The notes under the pieces were generated by a model, which worked only from the letters and a program-made list of their open reading frames with translations, had not been told where the DNA came from and searched no databases. A stretch of DNA of 64,000 nucleotides from an uncultured Acutalibacter sp. (GTDB lineage Bacteria > Bacillota > Clostridia > Oscillospirales > Acutalibacteraceae). Each line of letters opens with the position of its first letter. Position 1 is the first letter of the stretch. Both the position numbers and the translations under genes were made by a program. The stretch spans positions 1,095-65,094 of the forward strand of contig CAUWLU010000006.1 in the NCBI GenBank assembly GCA_963559705.1, given 5' to 3'. Shown piece by piece: positions 63,641 through 64,000 of this stretch.

Positions 63641-63867
63641 TGCTTTTCGCGGCTTTCTTTCATCTATACTCTTTTTTACCATCTTCTTACTCCATTTCAT
63701 CTCTTGACTTTAATAGGTAATCTTTCTCTTAGTCACCTGCCCCAAAAGCACGGGAAACCGGCCCCGCGGAACCGCATTCGATTTCCGACCCCTTCCCTTT
63801 TTCCAAGGCGTGGTCTATACTAGAATCAATCCGGCCGCTGGTTCGGCCAAAAAAGAGGTGCTGTTCT

Positions 63868-64000
63868 GTGAAAACCATCGCCGTCATTGAGGACGATTTG
63901 CCCATTGGAAACCTGTTGGAGGAGGTGCTCCGTCAGGAGGGGTACCAGGTGCGCCGGGCCTACTCCGGCACCGAGGCGGTGTACCTGCTGAGTCAGGAAA
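63868..64000 (+). CDS. OmpR-type response regulator, N-terminal 44 codons (runs off the right edge)
   Basis: GTG start with an AAGAGGTG RBS 7 nt upstream. VKTIAVIEDDLPIGNLLEEVLRQEGYQVRRAYSGTEAVYLL matches the start of a receiver domain. Confidence 0.8.
   Translation, partial: MKTIAVIEDDLPIGNLLEEVLRQEGYQVRRAYSGTEAVYLLSQE

Noticed and set aside
1-64000. Search for tRNA/rRNA genes, CRISPR repeat arrays, IS elements with terminal inverted repeats, integrases, and toxin-antitoxin or defence-system genes.
   Set aside because: I recognised none by eye. All intergenic gaps over 100 nt are accounted for by promoters, leaders, terminators or the decayed region at 63.1-63.9 kb. A tRNAscan/Infernal/PADLOC-type scan would be needed for a definitive negative.

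Overview
This is a 64-kb chromosomal window from a high-GC Gram-positive bacterium that looks Clostridia-like (SLH wall anchors, cdaA-cdaR, fliW-csrA, sigma-D-type promoters). It holds about 60 genes. Almost all are on the minus strand, except one plus-strand chemotaxis and late-flagellar block at 38.9-48.8 kb.

Gene order, left to right:
- the start of metK behind a SAM-I riboswitch
- tuf-fusA-rpsG-rpsL, then rpoC-rpoB
- an Rrf2 regulator, then sigA-dnaG and an HD dGTPase-like gene
- YigZ and rpmE
- a VanY-like protein whose zinc ligands appear to be lost
- M18 aminopeptidase and an SLT transglycosylase
- a Sua5/TsaC::CoaE fusion, prfA, DUF951, cdaR-cdaA
- a class-V aminotransferase plus DUF3343
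- two giant SLH-domain surface proteins (912 and 1627 aa)
- a translationally coupled FliK-like / FlhB-C-terminal-like / PilZ trio
- cheA-cheW-cheR-cheB, with cheR carrying a 1-nt frameshift
- flgM-flgN-flgK-flgL-DUF6470-fliW-csrA
- two carbohydrate-uptake loci: (a) LacI::PfkB fusion regulator, ABC importer, 711-aa ADP-ribosylglycohydrolase-fold enzyme and ribokinase; (b) ABC importer plus a GH27-like glycosidase
- a decayed gene remnant and the first 44 codons of an OmpR-type response regulator

I recognised no rRNA, tRNA, CRISPR array or intact mobile element by eye.

The best candidates for something undescribed are:
- the ARH-fold/PfkB/ABC locus with its fused regulator-kinase and a 35-bp perfect palindrome operator
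- the compositionally mosaic SLH surface-protein pair sitting directly behind flagellar and PilZ genes
- the cheR frameshift, the Sua5::CoaE fusion and the degenerate VanY-like protein

None of these is proven novel from sequence alone. The many long ORFs antisense to real genes are GC-driven artefacts.
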